From Batkoa obscura (Eukaryota): 64,000 nucleotides of DNA. The DNA lies in assembly GCA_030770535.1 (NCBI GenBank), contig JASVEC010000016.1:372001-436000 (forward strand), written 5' to 3'. Below the pieces are notes generated by a model. The model was not told the DNA's origin. It ran no database searches and worked only from the letters and a program-made list of their open reading frames with translations. Position 1 is the first letter of the stretch, and each line of letters begins with the position of its first letter. Of the stretch, positions 38,571-50,726 are shown in pieces. A program made the translations under genes and the position numbers.

Positions 38571-39389
38571 GGTAAATTGCAAGTACATAGTTGTTTTTTA
38601 TAATGTTTTAAACTGTTAAGTCAACTTCATTTTAGATTAATTTAGATATTGAATATCTGATATTACATATATATTGATTTATATGATTAATTAATTAATT
38701 TTATTGAAATGTTGGGAGAAAAAACAACACTTCAAATGTACATATTAAAATTTTATCTCTTTTATATAAATCAATAGACAACTATGTTTAACAATTATTA
38801 ACATGTTAGCTATAACAATTAAACATCGGTACATTTGGTTATATATTTGGCACTATTACTGGTGTTATTATAGAAAATTTATATTATATATCAATATTAA
38901 ATTTTAAAGGTTGGAAGCCACAATAAATGGAAAAAAGTTCTCTACAGATAAATTGAGTATATCGAACATACCATTAAATTTAATCCTATGTAGAGACAGA
39001 TTTTGCTTCCTGAATTGAGACTTAGTGGCTAAAGCTAATAGCTAAAACCATTGAGAATGCTTCTTTCCTGTATGGACTCTACAATTCAAGGTACTACTCC
39101 TTTACCTCTTTTAAAGTCTTATTCTTCTTAGCTAAGTCAAACCTTCAATAAAAATGCAAAACCAAAAAAAGGGTTAATCAATACTAATAATAATTAAGAG
39201 CATTATATATGTTAAATAATTCAATATGAAATTTATCACTTAATTAAGAATTTTAACTAACTATGGTGTAGAAAGGAACACATTATTCTGTTAGCTTTTT
39301 AAATGCTATTGTTGATTATATTTATTTTTTAATTTTATAAAGTTAATGGACTGTTACCAAGGGTTTATCTTGGGGTATATGTAATAATT

Positions 39390-39487
39390 GGGGATGTTTT
39401 TTTGACTTCATTACTTTTTACATCTTTTAAGTGCTATTTGAGTAGAAAAATTGTTAGTAAAATTCTCAAATACAAAAATACACCCCC
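39390..39487 (-). mobile_element. MITE copy
   Basis: Flanks AATT/AATT. Confidence 0.85.
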
Positions 39488-39930
39488 AATTGATGACGAA
39501 TTACATTATTCAGGTGGATGAACATTTTTACCAAATATAGAAGTCATTACGAAATAGAATTACGAGGTATTTAGATTAAATTTAAAAAAAGGTTGAAGTG
39601 ATTGAGTAATATAGCTCCATAGGAAAGGAAGAACACAAGTAATCTGTTAATAAATCAATTACGACCAGGTTTTTTATATATAGGAAAGAAGGATAAACAA
39701 AGAAGATTGGTAAGTTTTTATGATAAGTTTAAATATTATAGCTTAAATACCAATTACTTTAATATCAAATTAAACAAATGGTATAAGAAAGAAACTGTTG
39801 AATAGAGTTAATATAGTAAATGTGGTCACAGGGGGCTTCTTTTAAGTTTAATGTATATTATAAGATGAGGAAGATTTAGATTAATTTTATATATCTAGAG
39901 AGCTTTCACCTCATTCAAATGAGAATGTAT

Positions 39931-40029
39931 AGGGATTTTTTTTTGGTTTTATCACTTTTTCCATTTTTTAAGCACTATTTAAACGAAAAGATTGTTGGGT
40001 AAAATTATTAAACAAGAAAATAGATCCTC
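39931..40029 (-). mobile_element. MITE copy
   Basis: Flanks GTAT/ATAT. Confidence 0.78.
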
Positions 40030-40554
40030 ATATCACACAATTAAACTTACTTAACATCAAAACAAGCTGGTTAAAAGTAATATATAAAATAATATACTTC
40101 CAATGTTTATATTGTTGAATATTTTTACCATAAATTTATTCGGTTTTCAATTTAATGATGATTATAACCTTATTTCAAAAAGTTCAGATTATACATCAAT
40201 ATCAATATAATAAATTAAGAGACTATAGATAGTATACCTTGATTAATTAAAGTGGAAAGAATAGCATTAATATTAATAGTAATGTTAAAAAAGAAAATAA
40301 TAGCAAGAATAACAAAAAAGTAGATAGTAATAAGTTGTTAATATGAGGGATTATAAGTGGAATAAACAGTAGTTATAATATTTGTATATTATAAATACAA
40401 AATGAAGAAAAAGCTAGCAAGCATGATTATTGAACCCATCCTTATTAAACTAATTGATACATTAGATCTTAATAATAATTACTATAATACTGAAGTATTT
40501 AGTTATTCTCATGAAAGCGATGATAGTAGTACTATGTTATCTCTAAATATATAT

Positions 40555-40654
40555 GAGGATGTATTTTTTGCTCAGGAATTTTACTAACAATCTTTCTACT
40601 CAAATACTGCTTAAAAAATGGAAAAAGTGATAAAACCAAAAAAAAAAACATCAT
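40555..40654 (+). mobile_element. MITE copy, right TIR decayed
   Basis: ATAT followed by gaggatgtatttttt and the family core. Confidence 0.75.
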
Positions 40655-41496
40655 ATATCAAGTCAAATAGATATAATATAATTGGTGAAAACAAACTTTA
40701 ATAAAAATTATTATTATAGATAAAACTAATAAGATTTATAATTTTATTTTGCAAAAATCAAATTTCACTATAAAAAATCAACTATAAAAAGTATTTCTAT
40801 AATAAAATTATTTATTACAGTGATAAAAACTCCTTATTAATAATTATAATATTTTAATTGTCCAATAATATCATCTTTATATCTCTGATCTCTTTTTGTT
40901 GACTTTTTCCTTAATTATTTAATATTAATAGATTGCTAGGAGCTTTACTTTATAGAAATAAGAAAACAGTTACAATTTCTTTCCTGTAACGTTAAACTAA
41001 ATTAAATTAATTTTTATTTTTATATAACCTTATTGATGTTCAAATGCTTATTATTATGGATAATTTATTACTATTACTTTGGTTATATAATCAAAGACTG
41101 AGGAATTTACTTATATTCTCTTAATCTCGACATCGAATGATTAATAATTTAGAATAATAGACTCTGTCGAATCACTAAACGCCTTAACATTAAGATCACA
41201 AGGTACAGGTATAGACCTTTTCTAAATGACCTAACTATATTGATTGTTTTATATCAAATAATAAAAGCTTATCTGCAAATGTCATAAAGTTTGAAATAAG
41301 TAATGTACAAAGCTGTCTTCTTCATTTTATATAATTTTTATAAATACTAAGTTTAATATTTTATAATCATGTTTCAACAACTTAACAATAAATACTAGAA
41401 TGTAATACGATATTCAAAATAAGTTATAAAAAAATTAAAATTGATGATAAGTTTATTGAAATACTATAATGGAAAAAAGATGCTTCTTCAAAAGGT

Positions 41497-41958
41497 TTAA
41501 TAGTCTTCATTATAATAGTTTCTACTTCTACTATAGTCCTCCTTACCATAGCCACTATCATAATGATCATCATTGTATTCCTTTTTACTATATTTATTAT
41601 GATATTTATCGTTATATTCTTCATCTCCATTATACTTATCATATTTTTCCTTTTCCTCATAATTATTTTTTTTATCTTCTTTTTTATCTTCTTTTGTTGA
41701 CTTATTTGTTTCTGGTATAAAAGTAAGATTTGGAATAGTAGCTGTATTTTCTACTTTTTTTGCTGAGTTTGAAGGTTTACTAATAGGGTCAAAGGACTGT
41801 GGCTTACCATCTAATAAACTTGTAATATCAAGAGCATCAATAGGAATATTAGAATTATTATCTTCAGGCAATACGTTGGTATTTAATGCCTTTTTTGGAC
41901 CTAAGACAGCACAGGATACTAAGGAAACAACGCTTAATGCAATGAGACTGGTTTTCAT
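41497..41958 (-). CDS. Secreted protein with a Tyr/Asp/Lys-rich C-terminus
   Basis: Signal peptide MKTSLIALSVVSLVSCA; tail YEEKEKYDKYNGDEEY..YYNEDY. Confidence 0.8.
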   Translation of the reverse strand: MKTSLIALSVVSLVSCAVLGPKKALNTNVLPEDNNSNIPIDALDITSLLDGKPQSFDPISKPSNSAKKVENTATIPNLTFIPETNKSTKEDKKEDKKNNYEEKEKYDKYNGDEEYNDKYHNKYSKKEYNDDHYDSGYGKEDYSRSRNYYNEDY

Positions 41959-42801
41959 GGTTACTTGAAATAAAATAAAACAAAACTTATTCTTTTTATG
42001 TAATCTGCTTTATAATACTATATCTTTTTATACTCTATTACTAAGCTTCAGTTGAGTGCTACTATACTATTAGTGGCGATCTATTTATACTTTATAGTTA
42101 TCAAAGGCTTTTAGTTTATGTAATTAGATGAAAATTTATAATTGTTTATTAAGTGAATTTAAGCTCAAAAGTAACTGTTTTGTTTTTAACTATTTTATTA
42201 ATACTTCCGGTTTAATTTAAACCAATCTGTTTTGTTGATTGTAAATGTTACTGTTAACTCCATTATTGAAATTATTTGAGTTTCCGTTGGATTAAATATT
42301 TTTTCCATAGTTATTTAAATTTCAATGTGAACTGCTTAACTTATTTAATAATAAAGTTTAAGCACTAGATATTAAATTGGCGCATAACTACATACCACTA
42401 CTAATTATAAAAATTATCATTATTTATCACGCATTTGAACTTAATCAGGGATATTTATTATTATCAAATTTAATTCTGTCCTATTTCATGTATAAGCCTT
42501 GTTTATAAAATAATATTCAAAAAGTATTATTCTAAATTGCTTTTGCTAGTATGGAATATTAATTTAAAAGGAGTGTTATTAAAATTACTTTTATTCAAGT
42601 AAATAAAATAGGTTTGAAGTATAACGGCTAATACTTATATAAAATTTTTCAATCAAATCTTTAAAACCAAATTACAACTTAGTCTTTTTCTTTAAACTAA
42701 TAAATAAGATAATGTTATATTAAATATTATGTTACTAGATTCATATTATTATAAAATGGCTATATTTATTTCTAAATGAACAAAAGATGCTACTTAAAAC
42801 T

Positions 42802-43443
42802 CTAATACTCTTCATAAGATCCATAGTTATCGTATTTACGATGACCATAGGAGTCCCCACCACGTCTGTAACCATCATAACCTTCTTTACCATGGTATTT
42901 ACGACCACCATATTTGTCACCATGGTGCTTACGACCACCATAAGAATCATAATCATCATTATAATGCTTACGACTACCATAAGAATCATAATCATCATTA
43001 TAATGCTTACGACGACGACCATAATAACCCTCATCATCATCATCATCATAATGTTTACGACGACCATTGTATTTATCTTCACCATCATAACGTTTCTTAG
43101 ATCTTTCATACTTATCTTTAGGCTCAGGTTCCGAAGTTTTTGGTGGTGTTGGAATAACAAGCATTTTACCTTGAGGAGCAGCAGCAAGAGGCTGTGCTTG
43201 TGGTTCACTAGCTGGTTCTGGGATTTTATCAGCTTTAGGTTGAGCTTCGGCTTCAGGAGCTGGGACAGCTTCAGCTTTAGGTTGAGCTTCAGCTACTTTT
43301 TCAACGATTGGCTCTGGGATCTTATCAGCTTCAGCTTCAGCGTCAGGTAATAAATTACCAAGTAATGGAAGTTGCTTTAATGGGCTACTAGCTTTGGCAG
43401 TGATTACAGTAGCGAATAAAATAGCAATAAGAGTGGATTTCAT
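42802..43443 (-). CDS. Secreted protein with a Pro/Ala/Glu linker and Tyr/Gly/His/Asp/Arg C-terminal repeats
   Basis: Signal peptide MKSTLIAILFATVITA; AEAQPKA repeats; GxRKHYNDDYDSY repeats. Confidence 0.85.
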   Translation of the reverse strand: MKSTLIAILFATVITAKASSPLKQLPLLGNLLPDAEAEADKIPEPIVEKVAEAQPKAEAVPAPEAEAQPKADKIPEPASEPQAQPLAAAPQGKMLVIPTPPKTSEPEPKDKYERSKKRYDGEDKYNGRRKHYDDDDDEGYYGRRRKHYNDDYDSYGSRKHYNDDYDSYGGRKHHGDKYGGRKYHGKEGYDGYRRGGDSYGHRKYDNYGSYEEY

Positions 43444-44222
43444 CTTGTGTTTAGATTAATGTAGTTATGTTATTATATGATATTAAATGGATTTTTAATG
43501 GTTGTTGTCAAGTACTTTTTGAATGTTTTTATACTCTTTTTTTATAGCGTTTCGTTAATTATATATATAAATTTCACTGTTACCGCTGATCTTAAATTTT
43601 CGATGTAATTTATGCTATCATCTTTAAACTAACTGATGATTAATAACTAACTCCGAAATAGTAATCTAAACAGAATTTATTTAGAATTACTTTATTATTT
43701 AAACATTAAAATTTTATTTAATGTTAAAAATTAATATAACTTAAATTTAATATCATTTGTTTCATTGATCTAATATCCCCTAACGTATTCAACGGTATAT
43801 GTTAATTAAATTGCTTTAGGAAATAGCCAAATCCTTATTTTAATTTGACTATAATAAATATATAAAACAGATAATTAAAGTAAATACTGTTACTATTGTC
43901 AACTGCTTTGTAGTTTATCAAATTACATAAAAAATAGGTTACTTTATTCAAAAATAACACACTGCTTTAACAGCAGTTTATTAAATTTTTGAGTAGAACT
44001 AAATAGAGTACTAGTTAGGTATAATCTTAAGTTTAGCTAAAATTTGGAAGAAATTGTGACAACTCTAGTCAAACAAGTTTTCAAAACCGATTACTTTATT
44101 AGTGATAATGATCAATACTAATTCTTTGATTTTAATCCTAGTTCGAATGTTAGAGTGATGTATTTACACTATATTTCATATTTCATCTATTAAAAGGATT
44201 TACAGTTATAAAATCAATATAT

Positions 44223-44321
44223 GGGAGTGTTTTTTTTAATTTCATTACTTTTTCCATTTTTTAAGCACTATTTAAGCGGAAAATTTGTTAGTAAAATTCT
44301 TGAACACAAAAATACATCCCC
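44223..44321 (-). mobile_element. MITE copy
   Basis: Flanks ATAT/ATAT. Confidence 0.85.
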
Positions 44322-44607
44322 ATATATATTTATAACCAGAATCTTAATATTAGATTTATAGTGAAATAAAAAGTATAGTTGATAGTGTCATTCATTTTTA
44401 CTCTACTACTTCAGTTGCTTACAGAATATAGAATCTTATTATATCTTTTTGCTATTAATTTAGATAAAAACTATTTATTTTAAAGCTAAAAACTAAAGTA
44501 TTCTTTATAATTGAATTACAATAATATAACTAAGAAAATAATGTTTTCATACTAAGAGGCTAAATTGAGAATTTGGAATATTTATAATTTATCAGCATAA
44601 CATTTAT

Positions 44608-45252
44608 TTAAACAATCAATTTTTTCCTGTCAACGGTACTATAATATGCAACTAAATTAGTGAATAAAGAGGGATAGATGACCCAGGCAAGAGCAAGATT
44701 ATGTAGAGAGAACCCTAATTCTAAACCAAAAAAGATATTGATTGTAAAGAGGCCAAGGATAGCATAGCCTGCTGTACGATGAATTCTAAAAATTTTAGTC
44801 AATGGTACCGAAAAATTAGATATTAATTTATAATGGTAAAGAGTAGCAACTAAACCAGCGGATAAAAATAGTATTAATATAGTTAAACCTAAGATGGCAT
44901 GTGGGGATTGAAAGTGTGCTTCTCCCCAACTTGATTTTTCAGTATAAATAACAATAAATGAAGTGATGAAACTTAATCCAGCTAACGTTTGAAATACTTG
45001 ATGTAAACGCTTGGATTTTAAACTGGATTCAACTTTAAGCACTAATATAGCTTGACTTGTAAAATAAAAACATAATATCATTAATGCAGGGTGTAAGTTA
45101 AAGGTATTATATCCATCTTTCCAAATTAAGTATTGAATAGAAGCTAATAAGATAGCTAAATTAATTTGAATGAAATAATAGGCTTTGCTTAACTTTAAAC
45201 TATTTTGAGTAGCTTGTGTATTTAATAAGTTGCTTTCTTCGTTAACACTCAT
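44608..45252 (-). CDS. Cytochrome b561 family protein (canonical, four haem-ligand His)
   Basis: LHP (H54), RLHQVFQ (H84), HFQSPH (H118) and RIHRTAGY (H158); multiple TM helices. Confidence 0.9.
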   Translation of the reverse strand: MSVNEESNLLNTQATQNSLKLSKAYYFIQINLAILLASIQYLIWKDGYNTFNLHPALMILCFYFTSQAILVLKVESSLKSKRLHQVFQTLAGLSFITSFIVIYTEKSSWGEAHFQSPHAILGLTILILFLSAGLVATLYHYKLISNFSVPLTKIFRIHRTAGYAILGLFTINIFFGLELGFSLHNLALAWVIYPSLFTNLVAYYSTVDRKKLIV

Positions 45253-47040
45253 ATTCTTTTATTTAATAAAAATTAAATAAAATTAATCAAATGTTCTTTT
45301 AGCTTGTTTTATATACTTTGATTTTTTCGATTTTTATCACTAATGGGATTGATTATGGTATCATCTCTGATCGTAGAATCAATCTAATCTACATCAATTA
45401 TTTTTCGATTTTATTAAATAACTTAATATCTATTGGCCAATATAGATCATATGATTCAGTTCCGATTCATAGCAATTACTTTGAAACTAAGTTATAAAGC
45501 TTAAGCTATAGGATTCTTTGTATACACGTATTTATACATATTTTTACTACTTATACTGTAATACTCACCATAAGTTTAGCTTCTATATTTAATCATGTTA
45601 ATGAGACAGCTATTAAAATACTATCATGTAGTAAGAGAATATAATGTTTAACTTTATTATTAGACCAATATCACTAAGTCTCAATTTTGATTTATAATTT
45701 TGAAATTATTTCATTCAATTAATCATCCAATATTATAAAGCATAGTTTTAGACCTTAGTACTTCGAACAAAAAATGAAAATCATAAGACAATAAAAGATG
45801 TCTACCTATAGTAACTCCTGGTTTTATTTCATTTTATAACAGCTTTAAACTAAATACTATTAAAAGCGTATTTAGATAAAACTTGAAAAATAAAAAGCAA
45901 TAAATTCAAAATTTCAAGTCCTCGTGTAGTTAGCTATTAATTTTTATAAGTTGAAAGTGAGCTTTCAGCAGCTTAAAGAAAACTTTTCAATTTTAATTAT
46001 TAACACAACTTTAATTTAGAATTATAACTTCTATTTATTTTATAAACTTTGAAAATCCCAATTTTAATCTATTGGTTAAAATAATATAAGGAATTATATA
46101 AAAAGACTAATAACTAATGTAATTAAGCAAGCCTATTCTAAAAACAGAGTAATACAATAATAAAGATTTAATGTGATATAATAGAGAGTAAATAAAAATT
46201 ATACTATAGATTTAAAAATAAGTGATATAAAGAAAAGCACGGATTATAAAGCATCAAAAAGGTATCTATGATGGTCATATTAATCCATAGCATTAGGAAG
46301 GACCAAAATGGATAATACGGAGTGGTAAAGTATAATAACAATAAATGGGATGTAGATCATAATATGTATGGAATTAAAGAAATATAAGGTAAAGTGATAA
46401 AATAAGTATTATTTATATATAAATAAAGGCTATTTTAACTAAAAAGTATAGTATTTTACATTGTTTTTATACTTCTTTTTACTTAGTTATCTTTAGCATT
46501 TTGTTTAGCCTAATTTACTATAAATTTTTTATTAATAAAATATTATTACTCATACATGCTTATATTCAATTCTATTATATAGCTTCTAAGTGATTTAATA
46601 ATTGTATTAATCTAACACTATATCATTTTATATAAATTCATTGACTGGCTAAGGATACCATTGTTTATATTTATTTTTGAATATAAACTTTTTGTTAAAG
46701 AATTAATTTTATATAAAGAAAACTATTGAAAAAAACAAATTATTTTAGGTTCTAATCTTAAAAAGTCTAATTTTAGCATCATGATGATCTAAAGTCTAAT
46801 TAAAATTTTTATTATGAGGTGTGTAATTAGGAAAAAAACGTAAACTGTAAAATTAGTAGAAAAAGTAAAGGCAACATAAATTGATAAAACAAATCATAAA
46901 TAAAATAAACCAACTGTAAAATGAAGATCTGTAAATAAACAGTTTATTACCTAAACCATAAACACAAACTATTATATAAAAACATAAACATATATAAGGG
47001 AAGAACTCTACTTAAAAAATATTATTAAACCATCACTTCG

Positions 47041-48255
47041 ATGAAATACCTTTTAGTTCTAGCATTATTAGTATTATATGAATCTGTCCCATTAACGGGT
47101 ACCAGTAGCTCAAACAGTCAGGGTGGTGGTGAGCAGCTCTTACTTGGACAGAATAAGTTTCCAGTAGTGAATTTTGGAGGAAGTTTATTGAGGGGTGGTA
47201 AAGGTGATAAAGGCGGTAATTTAGGGCTCAATAAACTCAATGGTGCTAGTCCAAATGGAAATTTAGGAATAAATAAAATTGATGGTAATGGAGATGATCT
47301 ACTTGATATTGATGTTTCTATTCCAAAAACTGTTAATCGTAAGATAAGATACAAAAAAGGCAGTTCTAGACCAAGAATTATCGAAGATATTGAAGTGGAT
47401 GCTGCTAAGGATAGAAAGGGACCTACTGAGGAATTGGATGATTTTATACTTCCAGACGAGCTCGAACTACCTTTGTCTGATTTAATGCCTGAGGATAAGG
47501 AGAAGAAACCAGAGGAAGAAGACTCAAATATGGATATTATCAAAGAGCCACTACGTCCAATTAGGGACAACGAAAATATAAAACCTGTTAAAGATTTGGT
47601 TGAAAACCCTTCTCCAATGCCAGAAGCTGTTGACATTAAACAAAAATTCCCAAATCCTATACTCGTGTCTGAAGATAGGAGTCCAGATCCTAAACCAAAA
47701 GAGGATAAGCCAAAAGAAGATAAACCAAAAGAGGAGGACAAGTCAAAGGAGGAAGATTCAACCATAGATCTTATTAAAGAACCATCAGCTCCAATTAAGG
47801 ACAACGAAACTTTAAAGCCGGTTAAAGATTTAATTGAAGATCCTTCTCCAATCCCAGAAATTATCAATATCAAACAAAGGTTCCCAGATCCTGTACTTAT
47901 GTCTGAAGATATGAATTCAGAAAACAAACCAAAGTCTGAAACCCCTCCACCTGCTCCTCAAAACATTGATACTCCACAAAATACTGATACCCCACCTATT
48001 CCTCAGGATAAAAAATCAAGCTCCACTTTGGAAAATAGTAATCCAAGTTCTCAAGATTCTTCTTTGATTCCTCCACTACCTATCCTTGAAAAAACTAGAG
48101 ATACTTCATTGATACCACCATTTAGTAAAACTTTAGAGCCTGAGACTAAACCAAAGGAAGACAAACCAAAAGATCGTAAACTAGACAAGCCTAAGGGCAA
48201 GAGTTATAGAGATGAAGATAATTATTATTATGAAGAAGATGATTATTATAACTAA
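47041..48255 (+). CDS. Secreted Pro/Glu/Asp-rich protein with an internal duplication and Tyr-rich tail
   Basis: Signal peptide, Gly-rich N-region, two copies of a 52-aa block 78 aa apart, and the ending SYRDEDNYYYEEDDYYN. Confidence 0.85.
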   Translation: MKYLLVLALLVLYESVPLTGTSSSNSQGGGEQLLLGQNKFPVVNFGGSLLRGGKGDKGGNLGLNKLNGASPNGNLGINKIDGNGDDLLDIDVSIPKTVNRKIRYKKGSSRPRIIEDIEVDAAKDRKGPTEELDDFILPDELELPLSDLMPEDKEKKPEEEDSNMDIIKEPLRPIRDNENIKPVKDLVENPSPMPEAVDIKQKFPNPILVSEDRSPDPKPKEDKPKEDKPKEEDKSKEEDSTIDLIKEPSAPIKDNETLKPVKDLIEDPSPIPEIINIKQRFPDPVLMSEDMNSENKPKSETPPPAPQNIDTPQNTDTPPIPQDKKSSSTLENSNPSSQDSSLIPPLPILEKTRDTSLIPPFSKTLEPETKPKEDKPKDRKLDKPKGKSYRDEDNYYYEEDDYYN

Positions 48256-48883
48256 AAGATGATCATTAGAGTTTTAATTAATAAAATGCATTTATTTTTC
48301 ATAGTTTTTTTTATTCATTTGGTCGCTTTTCTTGTTAATAAGAGTATTACTAATATTTTCATTATTTACTACTATATCCTAATAATTATTTATTATTAAA
48401 TACTGACATTACCTTGAATACGCTACATCTTTAGAAAAATAATGTTACAATTAAGCTTCAAACTTTAATAGCCAAATATCCTTATCAAATATAAGGATAA
48501 ATTAATAACCCTTAACTTGACAAAAATTAAGTTTTCTCCACATAGGCTTGTTAATTAAACTTTTATTTAAATTGCAACCAATAATAAAACAAAAAATTGT
48601 TTTAGCCAATGATTTTCTAGGCTTAGCTTCCATCCCTGCTTTTTTAATGAGCTAGTTGATTAGATCAAAATTCTATATTTGATGAGATTCATCTTGATTG
48701 ATGATAATCAAAATACCAAAAAGTAAAATACACGTCATAAAATATTCCTATTGACAATAACACAACTAGGAATTAGGTATAAATAGAAAAGTAAATTAAG
48801 TTAAAATTTCGAGTTGAACATCTTTTAACTTTTAATTATAAATTCATCTCATTTATAACAATACCATTATTCAAAAATAAAAA

Positions 48884-49429
48884 ATGATACAAGTAACATC
48901 TGGTTTATTTTTAGTAGCAAGTCAATATCTCTTATTCACTAAAGGGTTTGTTAACTACTATTACTTAAGCCTCCAACTTTTAACTTACTTCTTAATCACT
49001 CAAGGTATCCTCGCATTGAAATTTACCCCAAACAAAAAGAAATCCACCCCAACCCATCAACTATTTCAAGTGCTATCTATTGTAAGCTATATTATTAGTA
49101 ATTATCTCAATGATAAGCCCCTTAACTCCAGCTACCCTGACTACAGTAAAACTATTTTATATAGTATGATTGGAGCTGCTGTCGCAGCTAACTTAAACAT
49201 GTATGTCTTATCTACTTTCATGAAAGATACGAAACTTGCTTGGAAAGGACATGGATTCTTTGGTTATTTAGTTTATGTGGCAGTTTCAATTAATACCATC
49301 TTAGGCCTTGAAGCTAATTTTGGTTTGACCCAATCATTTTTAGGTTGGTTTGTTGGTGCCACCTGGGCTGTTTCGTTAGCACTTACTGTCAACCCATTTA
49401 GTGGGGCAGTAAAAAGTAAGAGTAAATAA
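48884..49429 (+). CDS. Divergent cytochrome b561-like membrane protein with only two His
   Basis: Aligns with 44608-45252 (IQ..QYL, QGILALK, THQLFQ, GHGFFGY, INTILGLE). Confidence 0.78.
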   Translation: MIQVTSGLFLVASQYLLFTKGFVNYYYLSLQLLTYFLITQGILALKFTPNKKKSTPTHQLFQVLSIVSYIISNYLNDKPLNSSYPDYSKTILYSMIGAAVAANLNMYVLSTFMKDTKLAWKGHGFFGYLVYVAVSINTILGLEANFGLTQSFLGWFVGATWAVSLALTVNPFSGAVKSKSK

Positions 49430-49759
49430 AAAGAATTTGACTTTTGATTTTATGATGTTTTTTGCTAGTCTGTATGAATTTAAAACTCATAATATTATAA
49501 GTAAGACAAAAAATACTAATAATAATGCTATTAAACAATAAAATTAAGCTTCATTAATATACTAATTATAAAATATTCTTTAAAGCAATTAGAATAGCTA
49601 ATACCATTATTTAGATAAAAAATTAACAATCTCCGTAATGTCAAATAAAGATATAATATTTTTGAATTTACATTTTTATAACTTGTGATTCTATTGATAT
49701 TTTATCATATTTTGATAATTATTTACTACAGTGCCTGTTGATTTCAAAAACTATTATAT

Positions 49760-49858
49760 GGGGATGTCTTTTTTGGCTTCATCACTTTTTCCATCTTTTG
49801 AGCACTACTTAAGCGGAAAATTTATTAGTAAAATTCTTGAACACAAAAATACATCCCC
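49760..49858 (-). mobile_element. MITE copy
   Basis: Flanks ATAT/ATAT. Confidence 0.85.
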
Positions 49859-50202
49859 ATATATTATAACTTGTATATCGAATTTTATAATAGTTAGTGC
49901 TATCTCTTGTATTTTGTATTGTTATGATAAATATAATAAGTGTTTTTTCCAGCTATCTACTATCAATCCTAAAATAATTAACACATCTAATTTATCGTTG
50001 AGTGTTCTCAATTAATATGGATAACATAGATCATAAACTGGTTTTAATATATGACTTAGCTAATAATTTTAAATCTTTTTTTCGGTTTTATTACATATTT
50101 TATAAACTGTAAGCAACTACAGTACTACTTGTAGGCATGTATTTTCTGAAAACCTTTTACACTTCAATTCAAAATAAAAGCTACTTGGTTGCAAAATTAG
50201 TA

Positions 50203-50298
50203 CAATGTATTTTTTTGTTTAGAAATTTTACTAGCAGTTTTTTCACCTCAAATAGTGCTTTAAAATGGAAAAAGTGATAAACCCAAAAATACATACTA
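50203..50298 (+). mobile_element. Degenerate MITE copy
   Basis: Core ctcaaatagtgctttaaaatggaaaaagtgat is retained; termini are lost, so boundaries are approximate. Confidence 0.65.
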
Positions 50299-50629
50299 TA
50301 CAAATAGTACTACCTACTATAGTGGTAAAAGTCATCTTTATTTTGAATTAAATTTAAAAAAATTACTTTGTTACTCAATTTAGTAATTAAACATTCTAAT
50401 TTGTCTTAAATAAAACTGAAAATAACGTTATATAATTTTAACTTATGTAAAAAGCTAATTTAAACAAGTAGATATCGTTTATTTATTTTTATGAATTGGA
50501 TAGTGATAGAAATAATATAGAAATTTAAGTGGAGAACAATTCTCTGTACTATCAACTCATTTTTTAATCAGGAACAAACTCTATTAATATAATTTAATAA
50601 CATAAATATTTAAAATTCTAAATTGATAT

Positions 50630-50726
50630 GAGGATGTATTTCTGTGTTTTGAATTTTATTATTAATTTTTCCGCTCAAATAGCGCTTAAAAGATGGAAAA
50701 AGTGATGAAGCTAAAAAAATACCCCC
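50630..50726 (+). mobile_element. MITE copy
   Basis: Flanks ATAT/ATAT. Confidence 0.85.

Noticed and set aside
46140..46400. Purine-rich stretch that might be a decayed fourth Tyr-rich gene
   Set aside because: All + frames have stops, there is no signal peptide, and no alignable motif was found.
42741..47927. ORFs 42741(-), 42787(+) and 47118(-)
   Set aside because: These are alternate-frame or antisense shadows of low-complexity secreted genes; the signal peptides identify the true frames.
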